DNA of 64,000 bases from Alphaproteobacteria bacterium (GCA_965225945.1 CBDDBZ010000036.1:288001-352000); one strand, 5' to 3'. Positions 1-10,154 are shown, counted from the first letter of the stretch. Translations and numbers: made by a program. Notes: a model not told the origin generated them from the sequence alone.

Positions 1-876
1 GCCGAGGCGCATGGCGGGCGGGCCGGCGACGACGTGGCGGCGGCGCTCGCCGACGATGCGGTCGACGCGGTGATCGTCGGCTCCTCGACCGTCGCGCACC
101 AGGCGCATGTCCTGGCCGCCGCCGAGGCCGGCAAGGCGATCCTCTGCGAGAAGCCGATCGCCGACGGCCTGGACGCGGCCCGCGCCTGCATCGAGGCGGT
201 GGCGCGCGCCGGCGTCGTCGCCGCCATGGGCTTCAACCGCCGGCTGGACGCCAGCCACGCCGCGATCCATGACGCGGTCGCCGCCGGGCGGATCGGACAG
301 GTGGAGATCCTCCGGCTGGTCTCCCGCAGTCAGGCGCCGCCGCCGCCGGAATCGGTGCCGGGCTCGGGCGGCATGATCCGAGAGAAGGGCGCCCACTTCT
401 ATGACCTCGCTGCCTGGATCACCGGCTCCGAGCCGGTCGAGGTCTCAGGCATGGGCGCGTGCCTGATCGATCCCCGCTTCGCTGCCTACGACGACGTCGA
501 CACCGCGCTGCTGGTCCTGCGCTTCGAAAGCGGCGCGCTCGCCAGCTTCGATTTCAGCCGCCGCGCCAGCTACGGCTACGACGAGACGATCGAGGTGCAT
601 GGCGCGGAGGGATTGCTGGAATCGCCCCGCCAGCGGATGGTGGGCGCGACCCTCTGGCGGGGCGAGCGGGCGAGCGAGCCGGGTTTGGACCCGTCCTGGT
701 TCAACCGTTTCGAGGCGACCTATCGGCGCGAGCTTGAGGTCTTCGCCGCCGCCGTTCGCGACGGCGCGCCGGTCCACGCGACGATGGCCGACGGGCTCCG
801 CGCCCAGGCCGTGGCCGAAGCCGCCCGCACGGCCATCGCCACGCGCCACGCGGTCGCGATCGAACGGATTTGGTAG
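1..876 (+). CDS. Gfo/Idh/MocA family oxidoreductase (inositol 2-dehydrogenase-like), 5' end outside the window
   Basis: Frame is open from base 1; motifs CEKP, GFNRR and GGMIREKGAHFYD. Confidence 0.85.
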   Translation, partial: AEAHGGRAGDDVAAALADDAVDAVIVGSSTVAHQAHVLAAAEAGKAILCEKPIADGLDAARACIEAVARAGVVAAMGFNRRLDASHAAIHDAVAAGRIGQVEILRLVSRSQAPPPPESVPGSGGMIREKGAHFYDLAAWITGSEPVEVSGMGACLIDPRFAAYDDVDTALLVLRFESGALASFDFSRRASYGYDETIEVHGAEGLLESPRQRMVGATLWRGERASEPGLDPSWFNRFEATYRRELEVFAAAVRDGAPVHATMADGLRAQAVAEAARTAIATRHAVAIERIW

Positions 877-1161
877 CGCCGAGTTATCCTCGACGTCGTT
901 GATGATCGCGCGCGCGGCCGACGCCGAGTGGATCGCCACGCTCGCTCCGCGCACCGCGATGACGGTTATGGGCAGGCGTCCCACGCGCCCGAATCGAAGG
1001 TGATGTCGAGGGCGGTCGACTCGAAGATCCATCCGCACTTCGTCCCCCACCTCGTCGTTTCGCGAAGCGAGTTTAGCCCTCGTCGGCTTGCTTGACTTCG
1101 CTCGGGCGAGGGCCGAAGAGGGGCGCCTCGCCAACACCACCCGCGACCCGGGGGCACCGCC

Positions 1162-2343
1162 ATGATCGATTTCACCCCTTCCGAGGAAAGCCGGCTCCTG
1201 GTGGAGACCGTGCGGCGCTTCGTCGAGACCGAGCTCCGTCCGCTGGAGGAGGAGGTCGAGGAGAAGGGCTATCTGGAGCCCGAGACCGCCGGTGAGCTGC
1301 TGGCGAAGTCGCGCGCCCTCGGCCTCTTCGCGATGAACATACCGAGCGAGTTCGGCGGCGGCGGGCTGGGCGCGGTGGATCTCTGCCTGGTCGAGGAACA
1401 GGCGGGCACGACCAAGGATATTCTGATCCGCCGCGCCTTCGGCAATGTCTACGAGGTCCTGCTCGCCGGCGACGAGGCGCAGCGGGAACGCTGGCTGCTC
1501 CCCTCGGTTCGGGGAAAACGGGTCTATTCCATCGCCATGACCGAGCCCGAGGCCGGCTCCGACGCGGCCGGGATCAAGACCCGGGCGGTGCGCGACGGCT
1601 CGGGCTGGCGGCTCGACGGCCACAAGCACTTCGTCAGCGACGGTGCCTTCTCCGATTTCTTCGTGGTCTCCGCCGTGACCGAGCCCGAGGCCGGAGCGCG
1701 CGGCATTTCGCTGTTTCTGGTCGACAAGGGCTTGGCGGGTTTCACCGTCGGCCGCGATCAGCCGATGATGGGGCTGCGCGGTACCAGCCATGTCGAGCTC
1801 TTCTTCTACGGCGTGGCGCTCGACGGCGCCTGCCTTCTGGGCGAGGAGGGACGCGGGCTCCGTCTGATCCTCGACACCGTCGGTCGCATCCGCCTGGCCC
1901 ATATCGGCGCGCGGGCCGTCGGCATGGCGACGCGGCTCTTGGACATGATGGTGACCCAGGCCCGCGAGCGCCGCCAGTTCGGCCAAAGAATCGGCGACTT
2001 TCAGATGATGCAGGCGATGCTTGCCGACAGCGCCATGGAGCTCGCCCAGACGCGGCTCCTGGTGTTGAACGCGGCCTGGGAGGTCGACCAAGGTCTCGAG
2101 GCGCGCGAGAAGATCTCGATGGTCAAGGTGCAGGCGGCCGAGCTGGTGAACCGGATCGCCGACCGGGCGGTACAGATGCACGGCGGCCTCGGCTTCTGCA
2201 AGGACCTACCGGTGGAGCGGATCTACCGCGATTGCCGCGTCATGCGCATTTTCGACGGCACCTCGGAGATCCACCGCGGCGTCGTCGCCCGCGGCCTGCT
2301 GGAGAAGGGGAGCGCGCTGCTCGACCCCGCAGCGGGCGCATGA
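1162..2343 (+). CDS. Acyl-CoA dehydrogenase
   Basis: AMTEPEAGSDA, R.QFGQRIGDFQ, VQMHGGLG and RIFDGTSEIHR motifs. Confidence 0.95.
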   Translation: MIDFTPSEESRLLVETVRRFVETELRPLEEEVEEKGYLEPETAGELLAKSRALGLFAMNIPSEFGGGGLGAVDLCLVEEQAGTTKDILIRRAFGNVYEVLLAGDEAQRERWLLPSVRGKRVYSIAMTEPEAGSDAAGIKTRAVRDGSGWRLDGHKHFVSDGAFSDFFVVSAVTEPEAGARGISLFLVDKGLAGFTVGRDQPMMGLRGTSHVELFFYGVALDGACLLGEEGRGLRLILDTVGRIRLAHIGARAVGMATRLLDMMVTQARERRQFGQRIGDFQMMQAMLADSAMELAQTRLLVLNAAWEVDQGLEAREKISMVKVQAAELVNRIADRAVQMHGGLGFCKDLPVERIYRDCRVMRIFDGTSEIHRGVVARGLLEKGSALLDPAAGA

Positions 2344-2346
2344 GGA

Positions 2347-2678
2347 TCCAGGTGTGGCTTTCGGCGGCGCGCGGGCTGACGCGCGCGCAGCGGCGCGAGG
2401 CGCTCGCGGTGCTGTCGGGCCGGAGCGAGGGCGAGGCATCGAAGGTCGCGATCGAGCTTGGTGTGGACGACGAGCGAAGGGGCGGTTTCGCGCGGTATGG
2501 CGCGGGGTCTGCGGCGCTACCAGTGCAAGGGCTGCGGCAGGACCTTCAACGCGCCTGAGCGGTACGCCGCTGTCGGGGGGACGCAATACATAACTTGCAG
2601 AGTTATTTATTAGTCGGTGCAGGACGCCCTGCTGGTCTTTCCAATCCAAGGTGACGCATACAATTCACGAATTGAGCC
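2347..2678 (+). mobile_element. Internally deleted relic of the IS1595-family element at 60945-61969
   Basis: 2347-2577 nearly matches 61022-61276 (with indels). 2621-2638 matches 61662-61679. 2648-2678 matches the right end ...GCATACAATTCACGAATTGAGCC. Confidence 0.9.
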
Positions 2679-2726
2679 TATTTATTAGTCCACTTTTCCT
2701 CCATTGAAGTTATGTATTGCGTCCCC
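2577..2726. repeat. 20-bp perfect inverted repeat pair GGGGACGCAATACATAACTT / AAGTTATGTATTGCGTCCCC
   Basis: Arms at 2577-2596 and 2707-2726; an internal 12-bp direct repeat TATTTATTAGTC lies at 2604-2615 and 2679-2690. Confidence 0.85.
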
Positions 2727-2770
2727 TTATCTTCCATTGTGTCGTCGGATCCCGATGCACCCGCCGGCCC

Positions 2771-3597
2771 TCAACAGACCGTGGCGAAGCGGTGCTTGAT
2801 CACCTCCACCACCTCGTCCGCGTCGCGCCGCCACCAGTTGCGCTGGGAGAAGATCTCGACCTCGTGGTGGCCGGTGTAGCCCGCGGCCTCCATCAGGCCG
2901 CGAAAGCGAGCGAGGTCGATCGCGCCGTCGCCCATCATGCCGCGGTCGAGGCGGAGGTCCCGGGTGTCATGGAGCCAGTCGTTGATGTGATAGGCGGCGA
3001 TGCGGGGGCCGGCACGCTGGATTTCCCGTGCCAGGTTCGGATCCCACCACAGGTGATAGACGTCGATCGCCAGGCCGAGTTCCGGCCGGCGGCGATTTCG
3101 TCGCACCAGTCGTTCGCCTCCGCCAGCGATGCGAGCACCGAGCGCGAGGCGCAGAGCATCGGGTGCAGCGGCTCCACCGCCAGCGTCATGCCGGCCGCCT
3201 TGGCCTCGGGCAACAGGGCCACCAGCGCCTCCTTGCAGCGCATCTTGGCGCCTGCGAGGTCCTTCTCGCCGTCCTCCAGCCCGCCGGCGACGAAGATGAT
3301 GGCCTTGGCACCGATCGTCGCCGCCTCCTCGATCACCCGGCGGTTGTCGTCGAGCCGTTCCTGGAAGGCGGTCTTGTCCCGCGTCGTCTGCAGGCCGGCG
3401 ATGCAGAAGCCGGTGACCACCATGGCGTGATCGCGCAGCATCCTGGCGCCTTCGTCCACACCCAGCTCCGCCAGCTTGTCGCGCCAGACGGCGATCGCGT
3501 GGATGCCGTGGCGCGAAAAGCCCTCGATCGCTTGGGCGAGCGACCATTGCTCGCGCAGCGTCACCTGATTGATCGACAGCCGATCGAATGCGGGCAT
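2771..3597 (-). pseudogene. Sugar phosphate isomerase/epimerase (xylose isomerase-like TIM barrel), frameshifted
   Basis: MPAFDRLSINQVTL...LAVEPLHP is in one frame and PELGLAIDVYHLWWDP...HINDW...RGMMGDG in another; a single C is missing near 3085. Could be a sequencing error. Confidence 0.8.
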
Positions 3598-3623
3598 GGG
3601 GTGTTCCTTTTCGCCGAGGGGGC

Positions 3624-4349
3624 TCAGTAGGTGGCGCGGCCGCCGGAAACGTTGAAGGCCATGCCCGTGGTGAAGGTGCAGTCGGGGCCGCAGATGAAGG
3701 CGACCATGGCGGCGATCTCGTCCACCGTGCAGAGCCGGCCGAAGGGCATGCGGTTCCGGATCGCCTCGATGTAGTCGCCATCCGTTTCCCGCAACAGGTC
3801 GGTCTCGGCCATCGCCGGAGTGACGCAGTTGACCAGAATGCCGTCGTCGACCACGCCCTGCGCCAGCGCCTTGGTAAGGCCGATCACGCCGGCCTTGGCG
3901 GCCGAGTAGGCGACGGCGTCGGGGTTTCCTTCCTTGCCGGCGATGGAGGAGATGTTGACGATCCGGCCCCGGCCGGCCTCCCGCATATGGGGGATGGCGG
4001 CGCGGGCGCAGAGGAAGACGCCGGTCAGATCGACCGCGATCACCCGGACCCACTCGGCCAGGCTATACTCCCAACTCGGTTTGGTCGGTCCGTTGACGCC
4101 GGCGTTGTTGATCAGGATGTCGACCCGACCCAGTGCCGCCACGCTATTCGCGAAGGCTCGTTCGATCGAGGCCTCGTCGGTGACGTCGGCGGTCTCGACA
4201 TGGGTGGCGCCGGGGGGCATCTTGGGCGTCGGGTCGAGGTCCCAGACCGCGACCCGCGCGCCTTCGCCCGCCAAGCGATCGGTGATCGCCCGGCCGATGC
4301 CGCGCGCGTCGCCGGTGACGATGGCGCCCTCTCCCCGAAGCGTCGACAT
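3624..4349 (-). CDS. Short-chain dehydrogenase/reductase (FabG-like)
   Basis: TGxxxGIG, NNAG and YSAAK motifs. Confidence 0.92.
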   Translation of the reverse strand: MSTLRGEGAIVTGDARGIGRAITDRLAGEGARVAVWDLDPTPKMPPGATHVETADVTDEASIERAFANSVAALGRVDILINNAGVNGPTKPSWEYSLAEWVRVIAVDLTGVFLCARAAIPHMREAGRGRIVNISSIAGKEGNPDAVAYSAAKAGVIGLTKALAQGVVDDGILVNCVTPAMAETDLLRETDGDYIEAIRNRMPFGRLCTVDEIAAMVAFICGPDCTFTTGMAFNVSGGRATY

Positions 4350-4444
4350 GATCCCCTCGCGATTCCGAATGGTTGACGCCGCCTGGCGGGGCGAGCATAG
4401 CATCGCCCGGGTGCCGAGCCCGCAACGAGACGAGGAGAGCCGAA

Positions 4445-4882
4445 ATGACAGCCGAGTTTCACGTCGCGGTCGGCGACAAGGTGACATTCTCCAAGACCGT
4501 CGCCGAGTGCGACGTCTACAACTTCGCCGGCCTGACCGGTGATTTCGCGCCCAACCACGTGAACGAGGAATACATGGCCCGTTCCAGCTACGGGCGACGG
4601 ATGGCGCACGGTGCGTTGATGGTCGGCTTCATGTCCACGGCCTCGAGCAAGGCAATCGAGAAATGCCGGGAGGACGCCCGCGAGACCCCGGTCTCCCTCG
4701 GCTACGACCGGATCCGTTTCCTGGCGCCGGTGTTCTTCGGCGATACCATCACCGTCACCTACGAGGTGAGCGAGATCGACTTGGAGCGCCGCCGCTCAAA
4801 CGCCGACATCAAGCTCACCAACCAAGGCGGCGAGCTGGTCGCCGTCGGCACTCATATCCTGAAGTGGGTCGCGAACAACTGA
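4445..4882 (+). CDS. MaoC family dehydratase
   Basis: FAGLTGDFAPNH...AHG and RFLAPVFFGDT motifs; GGAG RBS. Confidence 0.9.
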   Translation: MTAEFHVAVGDKVTFSKTVAECDVYNFAGLTGDFAPNHVNEEYMARSSYGRRMAHGALMVGFMSTASSKAIEKCREDARETPVSLGYDRIRFLAPVFFGDTITVTYEVSEIDLERRRSNADIKLTNQGGELVAVGTHILKWVANN

Positions 4883-4898
4883 GCGAGAGGACGCGACG

Positions 4899-6422
4899 GT
4901 GCGAAACAAGTTTCGGGACGCGGGGGCAATAGCCGAACTGGTGCCCGACGGCGCCACCCTCGCCATGAGCGGCGCCGGCGGCGGCCTCTTGGAGCCGGAC
5001 GCGGTGCTCGCCGCGATCGAGGCCCGCTTCCTCGCAACCGGCCACCCGCGCGCTCTCAGCGTCATCCATGCGCTCGGCATCGGCGACCGCGACCGGCGCG
5101 GCCTCAACCGGCTGGCGCACGAGGGGCTGGTGCGCCGCGTGATCGGTGGCCATTGGGTCTGGTCGCCGGAGATGCAGCGCCTGGCGCGGGAGAACAGAAT
5201 CGAGGCCTATGTGCTTCCCGGCGGCGTGATCTCGCAATTGATGCGGGAGACCGGGGCCGGCCGGCCCGGCCTCATCTCCCATGTCGGCCTCGGCACCTTC
5301 GTCGATCCCCGCCTCGACGGCGGGCGGGTGAACGAGGCCGCCCGGGACGATCTGGTCGAAGTGGTCGAGTTCGACGGTCGCGAGCTGTTGCGCTACAAGC
5401 CGCTGCCGGTCGACATCGCGGTCATCCGCGCCAGCTTCGCGGACCCGGACGGCAACCTCAGCCTCGATCAGGAAGGCGCCAACCTGGATGCCTGGGCCGT
5501 GGCGCTGGCGGCGCACAACAGCGGCGGCAAGGTGCTGGCCCAGGCCCGGACGGCGGTGGAGCCGGGGGCGTTGGCGGCCCGCTCGGTCCGGGTGCCGGGC
5601 GCCATGGTCGACGCCGTGCTGATCGAGCCGGACCAGGCGCAGAGCTATGCCCAGGTCTATGATCCCGCGCTCTCCGGCGAGCGACGGTGCGTGGTGCCGG
5701 AGGAGGCGGCGCCGGACCATTCGATCCGCCAGGTCGTCGCGCGGCGCGCGGTCGAGGAACTGCGCGACGACGCGGTGATCAATTTCGGCTTCGGCATTCC
5801 CGACGGCGTGGCCAAGATCATCGCCGCCCGGCGCGAGGTGGATCGCTACTACCAGACGATCGAGCACGGGACCTATGGCGGCTCGTTGCTCGACGGCAGG
5901 CTCTTCGGCTACGCCAGGAACGCGAGCGCGATGCTCGATTCTCCCTCCCAGTTCGATTTCTACGGCGGCGGCGGTCTCGACATCGCCTTCCTCGGCATGG
6001 GCGAGCTGGATGCGACCGGCAACGTCAACGTCTCCAAGCTCGACGGCACCACCGTCGGGCCCGGCGGCTTCATCGATATCGCGCAGAACGCCAAGAAGGT
6101 CGTCTTCTGCGGCACCTTCGAGACCAAGGGTGCCCGCCTCTTGCCCGGCGACGGCGTGCTCAGAATCGAGCGAGGCGGCGAGATCGCCAAGCTGGTGGAC
6201 GCGGTGGCGCAGATCACCTTCTCTGGCGAGCGTGCCCGCGCCGTCGGGCAGGAGGTCGTCTACGTCACCGAGCGCGCGGTCTTCCGCCTGACCGCTGACG
6301 GCGTCGCGCTCACCGAAGTGGCGCCCGGCGTGGATCTCGAGGCCGACGTGCTCTCCCGCATGGGCTTCCGCCCGATCGTCGATTCCCCGGTGGTGATGAA
6401 ATCCGACTATTTCCGGGAATGA
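4899..6422 (+). CDS. Acyl-CoA:acetate/3-ketoacid CoA-transferase (fused alpha/beta, YdiF/Pct-like)
   Basis: VGLGTFVDPR, catalytic TIEHG, GNVNVSK, GPGGFIDI and YVTERAVF motifs. Confidence 0.92.
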   Translation: MRNKFRDAGAIAELVPDGATLAMSGAGGGLLEPDAVLAAIEARFLATGHPRALSVIHALGIGDRDRRGLNRLAHEGLVRRVIGGHWVWSPEMQRLARENRIEAYVLPGGVISQLMRETGAGRPGLISHVGLGTFVDPRLDGGRVNEAARDDLVEVVEFDGRELLRYKPLPVDIAVIRASFADPDGNLSLDQEGANLDAWAVALAAHNSGGKVLAQARTAVEPGALAARSVRVPGAMVDAVLIEPDQAQSYAQVYDPALSGERRCVVPEEAAPDHSIRQVVARRAVEELRDDAVINFGFGIPDGVAKIIAARREVDRYYQTIEHGTYGGSLLDGRLFGYARNASAMLDSPSQFDFYGGGGLDIAFLGMGELDATGNVNVSKLDGTTVGPGGFIDIAQNAKKVVFCGTFETKGARLLPGDGVLRIERGGEIAKLVDAVAQITFSGERARAVGQEVVYVTERAVFRLTADGVALTEVAPGVDLEADVLSRMGFRPIVDSPVVMKSDYFRE

Positions 6423-6432
6423 GGGGAAAATC

Positions 6433-7479
6433 ATGGAAGCCGTCAGGCTCGCGGTGATCGGTGCGGGTGTCATCGGCCGCAAACACATCGCTTCGATAGC
6501 CGCCTCGACGAGCTGCGAACTGGCGGCGATTGCCGACCCCGATCCCCGGGCCGGCGCGATCGCCCAGGCGGCCGGCGTGCCGTGGCACGAAAGCCCGGAG
6601 GTGATGTTGAAGCAGGACCGCCCGGACGGCGTGATCGTCGCCACGCCGACGGCAAGCCACCATGACGTCGGCCTGGCTTGTATCGATGCCGGCGCGGCGA
6701 TGTTGATGGAGAAGCCGGTGACCGCGACGCTCGACGAGGCGCGGGCCCTGATCGCGGCGGGGAAAAGCGCCGGCGTACGAATCGCCGTCGGCCATCATCG
6801 GCGCTTCAATCCCCTGGTCGAGCGAGCGCGGGCGATCATCCGGGCCGGCGAACTCGGCCGCCTGGTCGCCTTCCACGTCTTCTGGGCGTTGCTGAAGCAC
6901 CGGGAGTATTTCGACGTCGCCTGGCGCATCCAGCCGGGCGGCGGGCCGGTGCTGACCAACCTGATCCACGATATCGACTGCCTGCGCCACATCGCCGGCG
7001 AGGTCGAGCTGGTGAGTGCTCTGACCAGTTCCGAGACCCGGGGCCACGAGGTCGAGGACACTGCGGCGATCGTCCTGCGGCTCGGCTGCGGTGCGCTCGG
7101 CACCGTGATCCTGTCGGACGCCACGCCGTCCCCATGGTCCTACGAGATGACCGCGCGCGAGAATGCGGACTTCTTCCAGGTGGCGGAGAACAGCTTCCAT
7201 TTCTTCGGCACCGAGGCCTCCCTCGCGGTGCCGGAGATGCGGCTCTGGCGCTACCGCGACCGGGATGTGGCCGGCTGGCAGTTTCCCCTGTCGAGCGAGA
7301 CCAGGCCGGTCGAGCCGCGCGACGTGCTGCTTGCCCAGACCGAGCATTTCGGCCGGGTCGCGCGGGGCGAGGAGACGCCGCGCACCGACGCGCTCGACGG
7401 CGCCCGCACGCTCGCCGCCACCCTGGCGGTGCACGAGGCGGCGCGCACCGGCACCCAGGTCCGCCCGGAGGTGATCTGA
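6433..7479 (+). CDS. Gfo/Idh/MocA family oxidoreductase
   Basis: IGAGVIG, MEKP, GHHRRFNP and GGPVLTNLIHDID motifs. Confidence 0.92.
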   Translation: MEAVRLAVIGAGVIGRKHIASIAASTSCELAAIADPDPRAGAIAQAAGVPWHESPEVMLKQDRPDGVIVATPTASHHDVGLACIDAGAAMLMEKPVTATLDEARALIAAGKSAGVRIAVGHHRRFNPLVERARAIIRAGELGRLVAFHVFWALLKHREYFDVAWRIQPGGGPVLTNLIHDIDCLRHIAGEVELVSALTSSETRGHEVEDTAAIVLRLGCGALGTVILSDATPSPWSYEMTARENADFFQVAENSFHFFGTEASLAVPEMRLWRYRDRDVAGWQFPLSSETRPVEPRDVLLAQTEHFGRVARGEETPRTDALDGARTLAATLAVHEAARTGTQVRPEVI

Positions 7480-7589
7480 ACCCATGGACTCGACCCCCGG
7501 CGCGGCGCTGGTTAACATGACAGGACGCGGAGGGGTGCTGGGGGCGCGCCGCTCCGACCTCGAGACACGACGTTTGGGGAGGAGCGTCC

Positions 7590-8012
7590 ATGTACAGGCA
7601 TGCATTGCTTTTGGTGGGAACGTTGACCATGACGTTCGCGCTGAGCACGGCGCGGGCGCAGACCGCGTCGCAGGACGGCGAGGCCGATCCGGTCTCCCTG
7701 GTCTGCGTGGAAACGGATTCCGGGGGCTTCAAGTGGCGGGACGAAAAGGCCAATTTCCAAAAGCTCGACCCGTCGCGCTATTTGGTCCGGGTGATCTCGG
7801 AGACCGAGAGGACGGTCAAGTCGGGGGAGCGGGAGCGGGAGCGCAAGCTTCGCTGTCGCCGGGCGACCGAGTTGCTGACGCTCTGTCGGTGGGGCTTCGA
7901 GACGTGGGTCTTCAAGGGCGAGGAGAGCTTCACCTTGTCCTATATCCACGGCGGCGTGATCGGCGGCAGCTCCAACATCTACGTCAGCTACGGCGAGTGT
8001 CAAAAGCCCTGA
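7590..8012 (+). CDS. Hypothetical exported protein with 4 Cys
   Basis: GGAGGAG RBS; signal peptide ending ARA-Q. Confidence 0.7.
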   Translation: MYRHALLLVGTLTMTFALSTARAQTASQDGEADPVSLVCVETDSGGFKWRDEKANFQKLDPSRYLVRVISETERTVKSGERERERKLRCRRATELLTLCRWGFETWVFKGEESFTLSYIHGGVIGGSSNIYVSYGECQKP

Positions 8013-8027
8013 CGCCCGGGTACCCGT

Positions 8028-8441
8028 TCAGGCGTCCTCGGCACCGGGTCCCAGCGGCTGGCCGAAGCTGAATTCGACCGCGTTGCCGTCCGGGTCGCGC
8101 ACGCCGCAAAAATAGCCGACGGGATAGGGCTCCTCGCGCGGCGGCCAGACGAGAATACCCGTGCCTTCCGCGCGGCGCGCCATATCGTCCACGGCCCCGC
8201 GGCTCGGGAGCGCGAAGCCGAGGTGGCTGAAGTCGCGCGTCGCCGGGGTGCGTTCAGGTCCGCCCGAAATCAGCACGAAGATGAACGTCTTCTCGCGCCC
8301 CGGCTCGGCCAGCCAGGCGACCTCGACGCCCGCATCGGAGCGCTCGTGCACCACGTTCATGGCGCAGTACTCCCGATAGAACGCCACGCTGGCCGGGAGG
8401 TCCCGAACATGCAGCGCGATATGCGTCAGGCTCGGTCCCAT
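8028..8441 (-). CDS. VOC family (glyoxalase/bleomycin resistance) protein
   Basis: THIALHVRD, SHLGFA and DPDGNAVEFS motifs. Confidence 0.9.
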   Translation of the reverse strand: MGPSLTHIALHVRDLPASVAFYREYCAMNVVHERSDAGVEVAWLAEPGREKTFIFVLISGGPERTPATRDFSHLGFALPSRGAVDDMARRAEGTGILVWPPREEPYPVGYFCGVRDPDGNAVEFSFGQPLGPGAEDA

Positions 8442-8451
8442 GCTCGCCACC

Positions 8452-10074
8452 TCAGGCCCGGGCGGCACTCGGGCTCGCCAGGCGAGGTGGGGATGCCCGG
8501 TTGCCGGAGCCCCGCGTCGGCGCCTTCGGTAGCGCGAAGCCCTGGAAGTACGAGGCTTCGACGATCACCCGGAACTTCCACATGAGTCCGCCGGTGATCG
8601 CGAAGACGCTACCGAGCGCGATCGGGACCAGGGCGCCGCCCCCCTGGCCCAGCCAGACCGAAAGGCCGAACAGCAGCAGCGGGCAGCCATGGCCCATCAC
8701 CATCAGTGTGGGGGTGACGCCCTCGATTTCGCCTCGCGCCAGCGGCGGGATGCCCTCACGCCGTGCCGTCAGCCGATAGGCGAGCCAGAGCCCGGCGTTC
8801 ACCAAGGTCAGCGCGATGCCGGTGAAGGCGAGCGTGCGGACCGCCGAGGCGGTGCCTGCATCGGCCCAGGCGACGGCGGAAATGCCGAGCGCGCCCAGGC
8901 CTTCCAGCAGGCCGGTCGCGACGAGCATCCAGGGGATGAGTGGCGCCCGCCAGGCGGGGATGCCGCGCGCGCAATGGAGCATCTGGGCCTGGCAGACGAG
9001 GAAGCCGAGCGCGCCGAGCCCGATGATGGCGTGAAAGGCCGGGTTCGGCCAAAGCAGATCCAACGCCATCATCGGAAAGATCACGGCCACGCAGTAGGTC
9101 TCCCGCGTCATCCAGGAGGTCCCGGGGCGCAACAGCACTTTCATGAACCGCGCCTTCTTGTGGATCTTCAAGAAGACGAAGAAGAGGCCGACCGCCATGA
9201 TTGCGCCGGCGACGGCGAAGAGGCCGGCGAGCGCCCGATCCGAGAACCCGAGCCATAGGTGGGCGAGCCAGGCGACAAGCGCGAAGCCGGAGGCGAGCCC
9301 ACCCAGGCCGAAGTTCATCGCCGCCTTGAAATCCCAATAAGTCTGGCGGCGGCCGACCAGCGGGTTCTCGGGATCGCTCATCGCCTCGTCGTCCCGATCC
9401 TCGGGCCGGGCGTCGTGTCCGGGCACGATGCCCGGCACCTCGTAGAGATATTTGATCTGCGGGTCGGTGCCGAGTTCCTCGTGCATCTGGAAAAAGGCGT
9501 TCTCGTCGGCGAGGCGTGAGACGTTGCTGGTCGGATCGTCGAAGTCACCGAAGTGGAGGGCGTCGGCGATGCAGGCGGCGGCGCAGGCCGGCGTCACCTC
9601 CATATCGACGCCGGGCGTCAGATCGCGCGCCTCCGCCTCGTCGATCAGCTCGACACAGAAGGTGCACTTGTTGGCGACGCCCAATCGTTCGTCGTGATAG
9701 GTGGCGAACTCCAGCGTGGTCGGCTCGCCGTAGAAATATTCCTTGTCGGCCACGATGGTACGGGCCTGATAGGGGCAGGCGACGGCGCAATAGCCGCAGC
9801 CGATGCAGGTGTCGTAGTCCATGGTGACCAGCCCGTCGGCGCGCTGCGCGGTGGCGCCCGAGGGGCAGACGGGAACGCAGGGCGGCTCGGCGCAGTGCTG
9901 ACAGCCGACCACCATGAACAACCGTTCGACGTCGGGATAGGTTCCCTGCTCGATATCGATGACGCTTCGCCATTGGACGCCCGGCGGCGTCGCGTTGGCG
10001 TGCTTGCAGGCGGCGGTGCAGGTGTGACAACCGACGCAGCGGTTGAGGTCCACCACCATCCCAAATCGGCTCAT
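8452..10074 (-). CDS. Fused 4Fe-4S dicluster (DmsB/PadC-like) and DmsC/PadD-like membrane anchor subunit
   Basis: CVGCHTC, CQHC..PPCVPVCP, CIGCGYCAVACP and KCTFC cluster motifs, followed by a multi-TM domain with WDFKAAMNF and SWMTRE. Confidence 0.85.
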   Translation of the reverse strand: MSRFGMVVDLNRCVGCHTCTAACKHANATPPGVQWRSVIDIEQGTYPDVERLFMVVGCQHCAEPPCVPVCPSGATAQRADGLVTMDYDTCIGCGYCAVACPYQARTIVADKEYFYGEPTTLEFATYHDERLGVANKCTFCVELIDEAEARDLTPGVDMEVTPACAAACIADALHFGDFDDPTSNVSRLADENAFFQMHEELGTDPQIKYLYEVPGIVPGHDARPEDRDDEAMSDPENPLVGRRQTYWDFKAAMNFGLGGLASGFALVAWLAHLWLGFSDRALAGLFAVAGAIMAVGLFFVFLKIHKKARFMKVLLRPGTSWMTRETYCVAVIFPMMALDLLWPNPAFHAIIGLGALGFLVCQAQMLHCARGIPAWRAPLIPWMLVATGLLEGLGALGISAVAWADAGTASAVRTLAFTGIALTLVNAGLWLAYRLTARREGIPPLARGEIEGVTPTLMVMGHGCPLLLFGLSVWLGQGGGALVPIALGSVFAITGGLMWKFRVIVEASYFQGFALPKAPTRGSGNRASPPRLASPSAARA

Positions 10075-10154
10075 GGCTTACTCCGTGGCGCCCGCCGTCG
10101 TCCCATATTCCGCTGCCTCATACGACCATCCCAGGGCACGGCCGAGGTTCACCT

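Noticed and set aside
877-1161. Small gene between the oxidoreductase and the acyl-CoA dehydrogenase
   Set aside because: No ORF with a recognisable motif or a credible RBS
445-2181. Long antisense ORFs (e.g. 445-2181, 4815-6644, 11562-13289, 17939-19465, 29881-31545, 51013-52482)
   Set aside because: Shadow ORFs opposite clearly recognisable genes, as expected from high-GC codon bias
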